Shown: in pieces, positions 1 to 13,956 of the stretch
Position numbering within the stretch: the first letter of the stretch is position 1
Layout: each line of letters starts with the position of its first letter
Assembly: GCA_965112735.1 (NCBI GenBank)
Contig: OZ218965.1
Span: 1,798,001 to 1,862,000, forward strand
DNA length: 64,000 nt
Source of the DNA: Phaeosaccion multiseriatum
Taxonomy: Eukaryota; Protista; Ochrophyta, other classes
Reading direction: 5' to 3'
Made by a program: the position numbers and the translations under genes
Notes under the pieces: generated by a model
What the model was told of the DNA's origin: nothing
The model's input: the letters and a program-made list of their open reading frames with translations, nothing else
Databases searched by the model: none

Positions 1-85
1 GGGGGGGGAGGGAGAGGAGGAGGAGGAAGGGGAGGGCGAGGGGGAAGGGTCCAAGAGAGAGCCCCTAATCGGTCAAGCGACCACC

Positions 86-3000
86 ATGATGCGCCACTAC
101 TTTCATCACCAGAAGCAGCACTGGGGCAGCAGCGAGTCGAGGGGGGCGGAGGGGGACGGCCACGGCAGCGGCAGTGGTAGTGGTGGCGGCAGTGGATATG
201 ATGGAGCGATAGGGTTTGGCCGAGGGCCAAGAGAGAGGGCACGAAGCAGCAGCAACGGTAGCGGGAGCGGTGGCGGTAATGCCATGTGGGGCTCTCCTCC
301 CGGAGGGTCAGGGTCGGGCTCGGGCAGCTCAGAAGGAGCGCTCGGAGGAGGAGGAGGAGGAGGAGCAGGAGGAGGAGGAGGAGGGGGAAACGGGTACTTT
401 TCACCACTCTCCTCCTCTCCGCCCATGCCGTCACATACGCTTGCTGCGGCAGAGGCGATCGCCAGGGCAAGAGCACGCTCAATGTCCATTGGCAGATCGA
501 CCAACGTTAACGTCCATGAGCACACGTTATTACAACGCTCCAACCGAGGGTCCAGCTTCACGAGCGTGGGAATGGGGGGGGGGAGGTCGGGGCAAGACGG
601 AGGGGGCGGTACTGACTTTGAGCATAAGCGGCGCCATAAGCATCGAGGCTGGCAGAGCCACACGCGGCAGGCACAGGAGAAGACGGAAGTGTTTCTCACA
701 CAGAAGGGCCGATTGGAGAGAGGCATGGAGCCGGATCGGATCATGGAGTCCGTAGGGCTGGAGAGTGCGTACGAGCTGATGGACCAGGGGGTGTTGGGGG
801 AGGGAGCGTACAGCGTGGTCAAGGCGGGTATGCACAGGGCCACGGGGAGACGGGTGGCTGTCAAGATCATCCAGAAGCGCTATCTCTTCTCGGAGGAGGA
901 GAAGGTGAGGGAGGGGAGGGAAGGAGGAGGGGAGGGAGGGGAGGAAGGAAGGAAACGAGGAGGAGGGGAAGGGAGGGACAGAGGGTTACTGTCTATATGT
1001 CTGTATGTCTGTCTGTCTTCCTGCCCATATGCGTCTGTCTGTCGTGGTGGTTGAGACGCTGCCCCCCCCCCCCGAGCCCCCCTGGGCCCCCCTTCCTCTC
1101 CTTTCTGTGTCCCCTCTCTTCGTACTCTGATCTTGCCGCCCTCCTTCTCTCCCCTCCCCTCCCTCCCTCCCCTCCTCCCCTCCCCTCCCCTCCCCTCCCT
1201 CCCCCTTCCCCCCCCCCTCCTCTCCCCTTCCCCCCCCCCTCCTCTCCCCTTCCCCCCCCCCTCCTCTCCCCTCCCCTCCTCCTCTCCCCTCCGTCCCCTC
1301 CCCTCCCCTCCCCTCCCCTCCCCTCCCCTCCGTCCCCTCCCCTCCCCTCCCCTCCCCTCCCCTCCCCTCCCCTCCCGGGTCGTCACGTCCTCTTCCCTTC
1401 AGGCGTGCATTGAGCGTGAGATTGAGAATCAGCAGCGTCTCGTGCACCCGCACGTGGTCCGCCTCTTCCAGGTACGATAATCGATGTCGATTTTCTAATC
1501 GATATCTATAAATATTCGCATGTTCGGTACTTTTACGCACCTCTATTCTCTTTGCTCCCTTAAATACTCAAGAGCAAACTCAAAACTCAAACCGAACCCA
1601 AGCTCCAAGTCCACGCAGCCCGCAACATAACCCAAACGCAAACCTTCATGTTCATTGACTTACTTACTGTCTGTCTGTCTGTCTGTGCAGGTGTACGATA
1701 CGCCTGACACCATCTGCCTGGTGACTGAACGCTGCACAAGGGGCACATTGGCAGAGCTGCTTGCCCTCAGGGGCCGCCTCACAGAGCTGGAGTGCAAGAG
1801 GATACTCAAGCAGATACTCGAGGCAGTCGTGTTTATGCACGCTGTGGGCATTGTGCATGTGAGTGAAGGAGGGAGCGAGGAGGAGGGAGAGAGAGAGCGA
1901 GGGTGGAGGGGGGGGGAGGGAGGGAGGGAGGGAGGGAGGGAGGGAGGGAGGGAGGGAGGGAGGGAGGAGAGAGGCAGAGAAGGAGGGGAAGGAGGGAGGG
2001 AGGGAGGGAGGGAGAGAGGGAGGGGAAGGAGGGAGGGAGGGGGAGGAGGGGAAGAAGGAGGGAGGGAGGGGCTGTTTGGGGCAATTTGCTTTGGCCTTGT
2101 TTTTGAGGGGATTTGTACACGAGTCGTGTCCAACAAAACACTTTTGTTTTGTCTGCCTCTCTCTTCTCACCCCGTCCATCCACTGCCATCCATCACATTG
2201 ATTATTTCATAGTGTGACATCAAACCCGAGAACGTTCTACTCACGGACGAGGAGGAGCAGGAGGGAGGAGCCCCTTGTTCGAGGGAGGGAAGGGAGGGGC
2301 AGGGGGGGGACGAGGACGACGCCATTAACGGGCCGGGCTTGGTGGTCAAGTTGGTGAGTAAAGGGGGGGTGACGAGGGGCGAGGGGTATTACAGAGCAAG
2401 AGGGAGAAGGGGCATGTGCACTTCCGCGCTGACGTGTGCGCGGACGTGTGTGTGCGCAGAAGGGAAGGGAGGCAGCGTGCAGGGAAGTGGGAGTGTGCCT
2501 GCCCCGCCCCGGAGACGACTCACCCTCTTACCCTCTCGGCCACTTGGAGAGGAGGACCCTCCCTCAGCGCAATCGAAGCATTAGAATGGAGTCACGAGTC
2601 TGTAAATGGCACGGAAGAGGCTCACATGTCCCCCCCCCCCCCCCCCCCCCTCCCCCCCCCCCTCTCTCCCCCTCCTTCCCCCCTCTCTCCCCCTCTCTCC
2701 CCCTCTCTCCCCCCTCTCTCCCCCTCTCTCCCCCCTCTCCCCCTCTCCCCCCCCTACCCCCCCTTTCCCCCCCCCCTCCCCCCCCCCTCTCCCCCCTCTT
2801 TCTCTCCTCCCTCCTCTTCTCTCTTTCTGTCTTTCTCCCCATTCCCTCCCTCCCCCCCCTCCCCCCTTTCTCTCCCTCCCTTCCTCCCTCCATTCCTCCC
2901 TCCGTCCCTCCCTCCCTCCCCCCCTCCCTCCCCCCCTCCCTCCCTCCCTCCCTCCCTCCCCCCTCCCTCTCTCCCTCCGTGCCCCTCTCTAGTGCGACTT

Positions 3001-3427
3001 TGGCCACAGCCGCAAGGTGCCGAGCGTTACATATTACAAATACACCGGGGATGTGCACCTCATCCCCTTCCACCTCTTCAAGCACACTGGAACGGAGGTG
3101 GGTGGCAGTAAGGATAGAGGCGGATGGGCAGGGAGGTGTATGGCAGGCAGGCAGACAGGCAGGCAGGGAGGGAGGGAGGGAGGGGGTAGATGGGCAAGGA
3201 GGGAGGGAGGGAGGGAGGGAGGGCGGGAGGGAGGGAGGGAGGGAAGGAAGGGGAGGGAGGGATGGATGGAGGGAGGGAGGGATGGATGGATGGAGGGAGG
3301 GAGGGAGGTAGATGGCAGGCAGAGAAAGAGCAGAGAAAGAGCCCTGCAGAGAGACGGAGGGAAGCAAGCGCGTGTGCCCCCATTTGCGCGAAGATCTGAT
3401 AGTGTTTCTCTCTCTCTTATCTCTCTC

Positions 3428-3468
<41 letters not shown>

Positions 3469-4035
3469 TGATTGTTTGCTTGTGGCAGGGCTTCGTGGCC
3501 CCTGAGGTGCTGTCTGCAGAGGCGTACGGCAAGAAGGTCGATGCGTGGAGCGTTGGCGTGACCGCGTACAAGGTAAGACAGAGTGAAAGTCAAGACTCGG
3601 GGAGGGGGGGTGCCCAAACAGGCCTGCTTGCTTGCTTGCTTGCGTGCGTGGAAGGAGGAGCTGTGGTGGCATCTGACTTGACTTTGGCGCTCACTTCTCT
3701 CTTCCCCTCCTCCTCCTCCTCCGCCTCCTCCTCCTCCTCTCCTCCTCCTGCTCCCCACCCTATAGATGCTCAGCGGGCGCATGCCGTGGATCGGTCGCGG
3801 AATGGTCATGGGCAGCGACCCCGTCGCCTTCAGAGGCCCCGTGTGGGAGTCGAGCATCACGGCTCAGGCACGAAGCGTGGTCAAGGGGCTCCTGTGTAAG
3901 GAGAGAACGGCGCGTATGAGTGCGTCTGAGGCCCTAAAGCTTCCATGGTTCGACATGATGGATCACTGTGCCGTGTTCGAAACCTCCATGGGAAGCAGGA
4001 GTCTTCCTTCCAAGCCGCACCACGGCTTTGGGTAG
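86..4035 (+). CDS. CAMK-group Ser/Thr protein kinase, 7 exons (approx. 86-904, 1403-1471, 1691-1858, 2213-2353, 2993-3097, 3489-3572, 3766-4035). The frame is open upstream of 86, so the true start may lie outside the window.
   Basis: GT-AG-bounded exons join in frame to give LGEGAYSVV, VAVKII, HPHVVRL, HCDIKPEN, CDFG, GFVAPE, DAWSVGV and RMSASEALKLPWF. Confidence 0.93.
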
Positions 4036-5663
4036 ATAGTAAAAGAGGCTTTGGGAGGAAGGATGGCAGCAAATGGCAAGGGCAGCAGCCAGGCGTTGGA
4101 TTGGATGGTGAGGGTTGAAGGTTTCCGAGGTCAAACAGGGCACACACTGCTTGGCACTGCACTGTTTACACAGTTTGTACAGCTTACAACTGGCGTGTGG
4201 GGGGGGGGGTCCGGCAGGGAGGGATCCCATGGACGCCGAGAGGGTATGTTACGCCAGAATCTTTTTTACCGACTGCTTGAATGTTTAAATTTAACCTCTT
4301 ACATAAAGTAGAGGGAGAAGGAGAGGGGAAGAGCAAGAGAAGCAAACGAGGCCTTTCTGTGGCGGTAAGAGAGAGAGAGAGAGACCACAGTGGGACCACA
4401 GTGAGACCACAGTTCTGTGGCGGTACGAGAGAGCAAGAGACCACAGGCCGCAGGGCCGGGCTTGGCCAAGCAGAAAGAGATTTGTGTTCGAAAGAGCAGA
4501 GAACAGTGCACCGGCTGTACAAAAAGGAGGCCAACAACGGCCCTTTGCACTGCAGTTTATAAGCGGTATACATAGTAGGGAAGGGAAGGGAAGGGAAGGG
4601 AACGTCATAAACTCATACTCTTTCTCAAAGCCACAGATAAATGAAAAGTTCAAACATTCAATTTGCCTTACAGCAGTCTATACGGCTCTGCTCTCCTCTC
4701 CTCCACTCTCTTTTCTCTTCTCCTCTGCTGCTCTGCCCCCATGTACAACAGGCACGCCCCTCCTCTCCTCTCCTCCCCTCTCCTCTCCTCTCCTCTCCTC
4801 TCCTTTGCTCTCATAAGCTCTAACGAGGGGCCGCACTGTGGCTTGCTTCTCAAGTGCTTCGCAAGTGCTTCGCAAGGAGGAGGGGCGTGCTCCAGCTGAA
4901 TGCCCATATGCTTGGCAGAGGGGACAAATGCCCATACGCCTCCGAGGCACAGCACACACTGCACAGTACATCGGCACACAACAGCAGCAAGGGGGTGGCT
5001 GCAGCTGTATAAACAACTGCCGCATCACTATTTGCTGCCTCTCCTACCGACGCCAAGAGTCTTGCCCCACAGGCAGGGCAGCTATCCACGGGCACGAGCG
5101 ACGCAGGAATGGTAGAAGACGTGGAAGAGGCACAAGAGGAGGGGCCATGAGTGGTGCCTTGAGCCCTCTGACGCCCCGTAAGCACAGCTGTATCACCAAC
5201 AGCTGCAGAGCCCATTTCTGCAGCGACACTCTACCGCCGACAGCCCTACTCGTGGCCTGACCTCCTCCTCTCCTCCTCCTCCTCCTCCTCCTCCTCCTCC
5301 TCCTCCTCCTCCTCCTCCTCCTCCTTCTCCTCCTCTCCTCCTCCTCCTCCTCCTCCTCCTCCTCCTCCTCCTCCTCCTCCCCCTCCCCCTCTCCCCTTCC
5401 TCTCTCTCCTCCCCCTCCTCCTCTCCCCTTCCTCTCCCTCCTCCTCCTCATCCTCCTCGCTACGTGCTCCTGTCCTGTCGTGTTCTCCCTTTCCGACGGC
5501 GTGGAGAGGTTTGCGCTTTGGTGAGACTCCCCCACCTCCTGCTGCTCTGTATCACCAACTGATCGTGCAGCTGCCGCCTCTCCTGCTCCTGCCTGTATAC
5601 GCTGCTGTATTACCAACTGGTCGTGCAGCTGCTTGTGCTGCTTCCGCTGCTTGCCTCTCCTCA

Positions 5664-6669
5664 TCACTCATCCGACGGGTTCTCCGCGAGGGGTGCACAG
5701 ATGGCGAATACAATATCCCCCGGCTCCACGCGCATCCCGCCGTGCGGATTGCTTATGCTAAGGCCGTCCTGCGTGCCTGCCTGGACGCTCCGGCACTTTC
5801 GACGAGCCTCATCTTCCTCTTGCTGTGCCTTGTGTGCCTCTGCTCGTGCCTTTTGTGCCTCTGCTTCAGCGGCCATAGTTCCGCGGTTCCCACCTCCCTC
5901 GCCCTGCTGCCCCTTCCCTCCCGGCCGCTCCTTGAAGGAGTGTTTGTGCACAGACTCCAAGAACCGTCGTCTCTGCAATCCGACGCACACGGCATCCTGA
6001 TTGGTGAGTGGAGGGGAGGGAGGGAGGGGGTGATGTTAGCGGCCCTCACTCTAACCATTGAGCACTGGCACTGAAACTGGAGGACACATGCTGGGGGAGT
6101 TCATACTGCACTGTGTCCCTCCCTCCGTCCCTCCCTCTCTCCCTCCCTCCCTCCGTCCCTCCCTCCGTCCCTCCCTCGCTCCCTCCCTCCCTCCCTCCCT
6201 CCCTCCCTCCCTCCCTCCCTCCCTCCCTCCCTCCCTCCCTCCTCCCTACCCTCACGCACGCACTCACATGCTTGTCCAGTAGCCACAGAAAGAGCCTGCG
6301 GTAGGTGGGTGCGTCGGGCTTGACGTCGCCAAAGAAGGCCTCTGGCACACGGACGCGGTTCACGCAGGGCGGGCGTTCGATTCTCTGGGCCCCCTTCTCC
6401 TTTCGGGCCCCCTTCTCTTGCGACCCATACGCCTGCTCGTCCTTGACTCGGCCGCTCGCTGCGCCGTCGGGTGGTGTCATCTTCTGCTGCTGTATCACCA
6501 ACTTCTCTTCGGGGATGCTGACATGCTGCAGGCCTTGCTGATCGTCTGTGAACAAAGCGAAGAAAGTCCCACGAGTAGCGAGCAGCGAAGAGCCAATTGG
6601 AGGAGAGGGGAGGGAGGGAGGGGGGGGGGGGGTTTCAATGCCACCAGCACGATGCAGAGAAAAAGAAAG

Positions 6670-6710
<41 letters not shown>

Positions 6711-7230
6711 GGAATCAGAGATCGATAACGAAACGAAACCGTCGAAACCGTCAGGGATCAAATCGAGTCTGAGGGGCCACAATCCGGGGCCCCGAAAGCA
6801 GTGCCTACTTACGCTTCTTGCCTACGGAGACGGATGGGCCCCTCTTGGGCTTGGGCTTGTCGGTGGATGACGATGACGATGATGATGATGATGAGGATGA
6901 GGAGGAGGTGGCGGAGGGGACGTCGAGCAACAGGTTGACGACGTCGCCGATTCCCCGGACGAGGTAGGACTGAAGCAGAAGCAGCTCGGGGACGTTGACC
7001 AGGAGGATGTCGCCACTCGAGAAACCGCTCTTGAGAGGGAAGCTGTAGGGGGTGGGGTAGGGGTGGGGGGTTGGCTCTTGTTTTGCTCGTGTGCAGCCGG
7101 TGTTCCGTGTGTGTGTCTTCAACGCTGTGATTGGGCATTCGGTTCACTCGTTCCAGTGCAAATCCCGCTGCTCTTGTCTCACACACACACACCCACACCC
7201 ACCCCCGCACCCACCCGCACACACACGCAC

Positions 7231-7288
<58 letters not shown>

Positions 7289-8672
7289 GTTGTAGTACGA
7301 GGGTTTCTGCTCCCCGACGGGCACTCGGAAGAACTCCACAGGAGTAGCGAGATGGCTGGCCCCGACCCGCTTGGAGTGCGCCGCTGCCCTCACGAAGTGC
7401 TCAGCTGCCCTCTCCGCCTCCACCTCGAGCAGGTGTGGCAGCATCCCAATCTCTGCTTGGTTGGCAGCCGCTTGCTCTTGGCGGGTCTCCTCCGCACTCA
7501 GAGTCGAAGTGTCGGTCGCGACGCCGCCGCCTACAGAGGCGCCCCGTCTGAGCCCTTTGAGTGTCCCCAGCCCCCCCGGGGAGGAAGCGGCGAGAGGGGC
7601 CTGCATCCTCTGCATCTGCGTCTGATGGACTGAGTCGGAGGAAGCCCTCGCTGTCGGGTCAGGCTGGGCAGATTTCATGCTGCCCAAGACTGAAGGAGGA
7701 GCCACTGATGCCGCAGTAGCGGGCGAGGCAGGTGATCCCGGTGATCCAGGTGAGGATCCAGCAGCAGCCGGAGTGGGAGGAGGAGAGCGGGAGGCCTCGG
7801 TCGACTTGCTCCTCCTCTGACGCAATCGGTTCCTCACACCTTGCCCGAAAGACACTCCCCGCTTCGCCCCGTCGTCACTCCCTCCATAGTCGCTCGCAGG
7901 CAGCCCCAGCATCACCGCAGCTTCCCGATCAGCCTCCTCGCCCTCCGCCCCTCTGTGGCGTCCCGCTGCCCCCAAGTCTGAACTGTACGACCGACCTCGA
8001 GCCGCCGAGCTCGCGCCGTTCTCACTCTCCTCTCCTCCTCCTCCTCCTCCTCCCGTCAACCCCGGCCATTTCGGCTTGCTGAGGCGAGAAGCCCCACCGC
8101 TTGGCATGGTATCCTGGCGGCTGCGACGCCCCTCAGCATCATCTCCGGAAGTGCCAAAGGGAGGGCTGTCAGCGCCGCTACCGCTCGGGAGGATACGTTG
8201 AAACTGCTGCTGCAGAGAGGAGGAGCCCTTACGCTGCTGCTGCTGCTGCTGCTGCTGGAGCTGTCGCCATTGCTGCTGATGTATCGCCAACTGCAGAGCC
8301 TGCTGCTCCTCCTCCTCCTCCTGCTGCTGCTGCGCCATGAACCGGGTCCTCTTGTCCTTTAACAACCACATCCTCCTCACCCTGGAAGTCAGGACCTGAT
8401 GTTGATTGGCCGCGTTATCCGTCTTGAGGTCGGTCATGACCCTCACTGACGCCCCCACCACACTCAACACTAAAAGCACCAGGCGTATCGTCTGTGCGTC
8501 AACTTCGTTGTCGCTGCAGGTGTCAACACCCCTGCCGCCCGTCTGACTGCCTCTGCCGGTATGACTGGCACTCATGTCTCCGGCGGACACGCAGATGAAA
8601 GCGGCGGAGCGGAGAGTGTGCTGGAGCTTCTCGTTGTCGTCGATGGCGCCGCGATACACGAACACATCTAGC

Positions 8673-8715
<43 letters not shown>

Positions 8716-11700
8716 GGGGGCGGGGGGAGGGGGGGAAGGGTTTCAGTTTCAACTACATGAGAGGCCAGAGCCTAGCGGTTGTATTCGGGTGATTGGGTGT
8801 GGACGTCATCGCCGAGATACCCAATCAAGCCAACCGAGCCAACCAACAAACAACAGCCAGACCCGCATCCCTAACCTCAGTCATCCACTCACTCACACAC
8901 TCACTCACTCACTCACTCACTCACCCACTCACTCATTCACTCATTCACTCACCCACTCACTCATTCACTCACTCACTCACCCACTCACTAACCCACTCGC
9001 TCACTCACTCACTCACTCACTCTCTCACTCTCTCACTCTCTCACTCACTCACTCACTCACTCACTCACTCCCTCCCTCCCTCCCTCCCTCCGTCCCTCAC
9101 TCACTCACCCACCCACTCACTCACTCACTCACCCTTGCCCCATGCCGTTCTGCGGATGGATCTCCCCTCAATCGCGGCCCGTTCGGCGCACTCCAGCTCC
9201 GGACGCCGGTCATGAACGATAATGACAACTCTCCTCGACACCACCCTCTCCACCTCCTTCTTCTCCTTCTTCTCCTCTCCCTCCACCTCCTCCCCCTCAT
9301 CCTCCTCATCCTCCTCATCCTCCCCCACCACCACCCCCTCTCGCTCCTGCTGCTGCACGGCTTTTGCGAGGCCCATGATGAGCTTCATCACCCCCTCCAT
9401 ACTCCCTGCCACAACGACAATGTTCCCGGGGGGCTGCCCCGCAACATACAATCGCGTCGAATTGCGATCCGGGTGACTCTGCGTCCGCTCTCGCTGCTGC
9501 CGGTCCTGTATCACCAACTGCTGCTGTTGTTCACTGCTGGCACTGGGCTCTGCTCGATGGTCCCTTAAGGGCGACCCCACTTCAAGCAGGTCGATGCCTT
9601 GGACGTCTTCCATCACGTCAGGGGCCACTTGAGCTGCTGCTCCTGCCTCAATGCCGTTCTTCTCCTCCGCGACACCTGCCCCAGACCCTCCCTCTTGTTC
9701 TGCTTGGGCCCCCATTTGTTGGGCATCCCCTGCCTCCTCCTCCTCCTCCTCCCCCTCCCCGCCCTTGGTCCTGTCTCCGTTGGCCCGCTCCCCAGCCCCG
9801 ACTGTTACATCTCCCATGTTCATTATCGCCCCGGACCTTCGGCGAAAGTTTCTCTTGAAGAGGTACTCGGAGCAGTACCGGGTAAGCTGAGGGCATAGGT
9901 AGGGTAAGTCATCAGCACGCGCCACAGAGGCCGAGGCGGTCAGAGGCAACAAATGAAGGAGGGAAGCAGACAGACAGGAACAGAAGCACAAGAAGAAGCA
10001 CAAGACGAGGGGTGAGACAAGAGCTTTGCTGTGCGAGATGAGAGAGCTGCGGTGTTGTATCTCTCACTCACGCACTCACGCACTCCACTCCGTACCCCGT
10101 CGACGGAAGGTGCTAATCCATCCTACCCTCTCTTACCCTCTCCCTCTTGCTCTCGCTCACCCACCCACCCTTCTCACTGTATCCACTACCCTCTCCCTCT
10201 TGCTCTCTCTCACACACCCACCCTTCTCACCTTACCCACTACCCTCTCCCTCTTGCTCTCTCTCACAAACCCACCCTTCTCACCTTACCCACTACCCTCT
10301 CCCTCTTGCTCTCTCTCACACACCCACCCTTCTCACTGTATCCACTACCCTCTCCCTCTTGCTCTCTCTCACACACCCACCCTTCTCACCTTACCCACTA
10401 ACCTCTCCCTCTTGCTCTCGCTCACAAACCCACCCTTCTCACCTTACCCACTACCCTCTCCCTCTTGCTCTCGCTCACCCACCCTTCCTTCTCACCTTAT
10501 CCACATCGGTCCTGTCGGCCGCAATAAAGTACGCGACATCTTTCTTCTTGAGCACATAGGTATGGCCGGGGTAGAGCACACGTTCCACCGAAGTTGTTCT
10601 CTGACCCCCCTCCCAGGCCTCCCCACTCCCCCGCCCGCTCTCCTCCACGCCCCCATCTCCCTCTTGCTCTCTCTTCTCTCGCTGCGTCGTCAGCGCGAAG
10701 AGCACGACCCCTCCACACTCAATGTAGAGCCTTCTTGCCACGCGACGCAGCGACGCCCCCTCAAAGAAGAAGCCCACTTCGAAGCTTATAATGGCGTTGC
10801 CAAGGTTGCTGAGGTACTCCTTCTCCTCCTCTATTAAGGCGTGCTCCCCGATGAGCTTCTTCCTCCTGCCCGCCCGCCACCGCCCATAAAAGTCCATTCG
10901 GCGCTTGAACTCCTTCCACGTGTCGCCTCCACCTCCTCCTCCTCCCCCTCCTCCTCCACCTGCACCCCCACCCCCCCGTCGCCCCTCGGCCGTCCCCTGT
11001 CTCTTGCTTCTCCCTCGCCCGATGCTACTGATCGCACGACTCAACCGCCTGCCTCCCCCGATGTGCTTATCCCCCTCCTCCTCCTTCACTCTCTCCCTCC
11101 CCGCTTCGTTTCCGCCGTCGCACTCGAACGCGTCTTCACTAAAATCATCATCGCTGCAGGCGTCATCATACCCATACTCCTCTAAATCCTTCTCCTCCTG
11201 CTCCCTCCTCTCCAAGCCAAGTTCCTCTCGGACTGCCCCGATGACCCGAGTCAGCTCGGGTGCGGTGCTCAGCAGGGTACCCAAGATGGTCGACAAGCCT
11301 TCTCGGAGACAGGCCTGCAGCAGCAGCTTCTTCCAGAGGACATCGCTGGCGATGACATGGTGGGGTTCAAGGCCCATGTCCAACAGGTTCTGGCGACTCT
11401 CGGCGTGTGTCACCAACACGTATAGGCGGATGGACGGGTTGTACTCCTGTGGAAGAGATGGGCAGTGAATGGGAATGTTGTCAGAGGTGTCAGGACGGTG
11501 GGTAATTACGGTTTCAGTGGAGGGGTGGGGAATGGATGTGTCAGAAAGTGAGAAACAAATAGGTGCATGATCATCGTAGAGTCCTACCCCCCAGGCACAA
11601 GCAAATATGTGATCATCGCAGAGTCCTACCCCCCAGGCACAAGCAAGTATGTTACCATCATAGAGTCATACCCCCCAGGCACAAGCAAGTATGTGATCAT

Positions 11701-13685
11701 CATAGAGTCATACCCCCCAGGCACAAGCAAGTATGTGATCATCATAGAGTCATACCCCCCAGGCACAAGCAAGTATGTTACCATCATAGAGTCATACCCC
11801 CCAGGCACAAGCAAGTATGTGATCATCGTAGAGTTATACCCCCCAGGCACAAGCAAGTATGTTACCATCATAGAGTCATACCCCCCAGGCACAAGCAAGT
11901 ATGTTACCATCATAGAGTCCTACCCCCCAGGCACAAGCAAGTATGTGATCATCATAGAGTCATACCCCCCAGGCACAAGCAAGTATGTTACCATCATAGA
12001 GTCATACCCCCCAGGCACAAGCAAGTATGTTACCATCATAGAGTCATACCCCCCAGGCACAAGCAAGTATGTGATCATCATAGAGTCATACCCCCCAGGC
12101 ACAAGCAAGTATGTTACCATCATAAAGTCATACCCCCCAGGCACAAGCAAGTATGTTACCATCATAGAGTCCTACCCCCCAGGCACAAGCAAGTATGTTA
12201 CCATCATCGAGTCCTACCCCCCAGGCACAAGCAAGTATGTTACCATCATAGAGTCATACCCCCCAGGCACAAGCAAGTATGTTACCATCATAGAGTCCTA
12301 CCCCCCAGGCACAAGCAAGTATGTGATCCATCATAGAGTCATACCCCACCCACCTGCACGGTGATGGTGCGCATGAGCGTGTCCTTGTCATGCCTTCGTG
12401 TGGTCTCCTCCTCCCCACTGTCCAGCATCATCATGGCGGACGTGGCCAAGGATGCAGAGGAAGCGGCCAACTCCATCGATGGAGCCGCATGGGCCAAGGG
12501 ACGGCCTCTGCTGGACAGCACGAAGCACACATGTGCCGACTCGACACGCGCACGCTCGAGATCCCGTGCGTTCTTGAGATCACCGTGCAGGAAGGTGAGG
12601 TTGTCCAGGTACTTTAGAATGAGGGCGTTCCATTGCAGCTCACTGCCCTCCCCGTGCCCTTCGTTCTGCGGCACCATGAGGACCACATGCCGGGGTTTTT
12701 CTCGCTTGGCGAAGATGAGCTCCTCGAGGAAGGCGTCGACACGCTGCACCTCGGAGGACTCGCAGCCAATGACGATGTGGTCCCGACCGTTGGTCTTGCT
12801 CACTGACCCGCCGTACTTGGGGCGGATGGAGAAGAGGTAGAAGAGGCGGCTGGTCTGGAGGGGTAGCAAAATGAAGGCCGTGAGGATGACCACCGACATG
12901 ACGATGCGCGATAGCGTGGCGACGGGAGAAATGTCGCCGTAGCCCACGGTGCTGAGTGTGACAATCACAAAATAGAGGGCGTCATGGAAGGGCATTTGCA
13001 CCTCGCCGTCATTGTAGCTCCAGTCCTCGCGATTGACCAGGATGGAAATGAGCATGCTCAGCACCACCAGCAGCACAGAGGCCTTAATGAAGAAGGTCAT
13101 GAACTGCGTGGAGAGGGCGCTTTGGAAACCTGGCGAGCCGTGGTCCCTCGCCGCCCGCTTACTGGCCCACATGGAGTATGTCTGAATCAAGAGAAAGAGC
13201 CTGCAGATTCGCAGCAGCCGATACACGCGAAGGTAGAGGGCGTTGGATCCGAGAGCGATGGCCACAAGACTGGGCACCACCGAGAGAAGGTCAATGATGG
13301 CCATCCAAGATAAAATAAACTGGACTTTGAGCGGCGCAATGTACAACGCCAGCAGATACGCCAGCAGAAAAAACGCGGTGCAAAATGAGTCCACAGAGAC
13401 GAACCCATTTGCCCAACCGTCGCCGCTTTCCGTAGATCCGCTCCCGGCTCCCGGGTAAGTGTCGAGGATGAGAAGCAGAGCCGAAAGGATGCTGAGCGTC
13501 GCGTTGACCATCTCCAGCGAGAACGCGTACGTGCTGCTGGGGAACCATAGTCGGAGCCTCTCCACGAAGGGAAAGCCCGGCCTGTACGGGGGCACCCTTA
13601 TAAAGAGCCAAACGAAGACGGGGATGAAGACACAAAGACCAAAAACAAGTCCCTGCTCCCCAGCCGTCATGTGCACCCCCTTCAT
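5664..13685 (-). CDS. BK/Slo-family potassium channel with RCK domains, 7 exons (approx. 13685-12354, 11446-10496, 9886-9133, 8667-7287, 7042-6813, 6545-6268, 5996-5664)
   Basis: Multiple TM helices, S4-like RVYRLLRICR and the pore motif TLSTVGYGDISP. RCK1 shows HIVIG, FLHGDLKNARDLERARVESA and GLSTILGTLL. RCK2 shows VYRGAIDD and FSSGDILL, and the C-terminus has NP...GDIVFAI. Splice junctions keep phase. Confidence 0.92.
10130..10495. repeat. Intronic pyrimidine-rich minisatellite, ~53 bp unit (ccactaccctctccctcttgctctctctcacacacccacccttctcacc...)
   Basis: About 7 near-identical tandem units inside a channel intron. Confidence 0.85.
11567..12345. repeat. Intronic 42-bp minisatellite (atcatagagtcataccccccaggcacaagcaagtatgttacc), ~18 copies
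   Basis: Tandem units with variant positions (gttacc/gtgatc, cata/ccta), inside channel intron 12353-11447. Confidence 0.95.
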
Positions 13686-13956
13686 CGTAGAAAGCTGGCC
13701 CCTGTCGTGTGGGCTCCTGTGTCAACCCTTTGGCCGTTCTGCTCTCCCTGTCAGCTCCCTCCTGCCCACACCTTAATATACAGAGCGTACCGCTGCTGTT
13801 ACTGTAGCAGCAAGCGATAATAATGAGGGGATTTATTTTTTATGAGGCGTGCGTGCGGCGGAAAGGAAAGAAAAATGAGAGCCAGCCGGAGAATGTGAAG
13901 AACCAACACGCAAACTTCGTCGGTTGGGGGGAACGGGACAAATCAACGAAAGTAGA
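13686..13956. promoter_or_regulatory. Probable bidirectional promoter between the K+ channel and the IQANK1-like gene
   Basis: Divergent start codons 271 bp apart with a relatively AT-rich core (13820-13880). Inferred from geometry only. Confidence 0.5.

Noticed and set aside
11563-12364. 42-bp array as a CRISPR array or a repeat-protein gene
   Set aside because: There are no unique spacers or cas genes. It lies antisense inside a channel intron, and the ORFs arise only because the unit is a multiple of 3 without stops.
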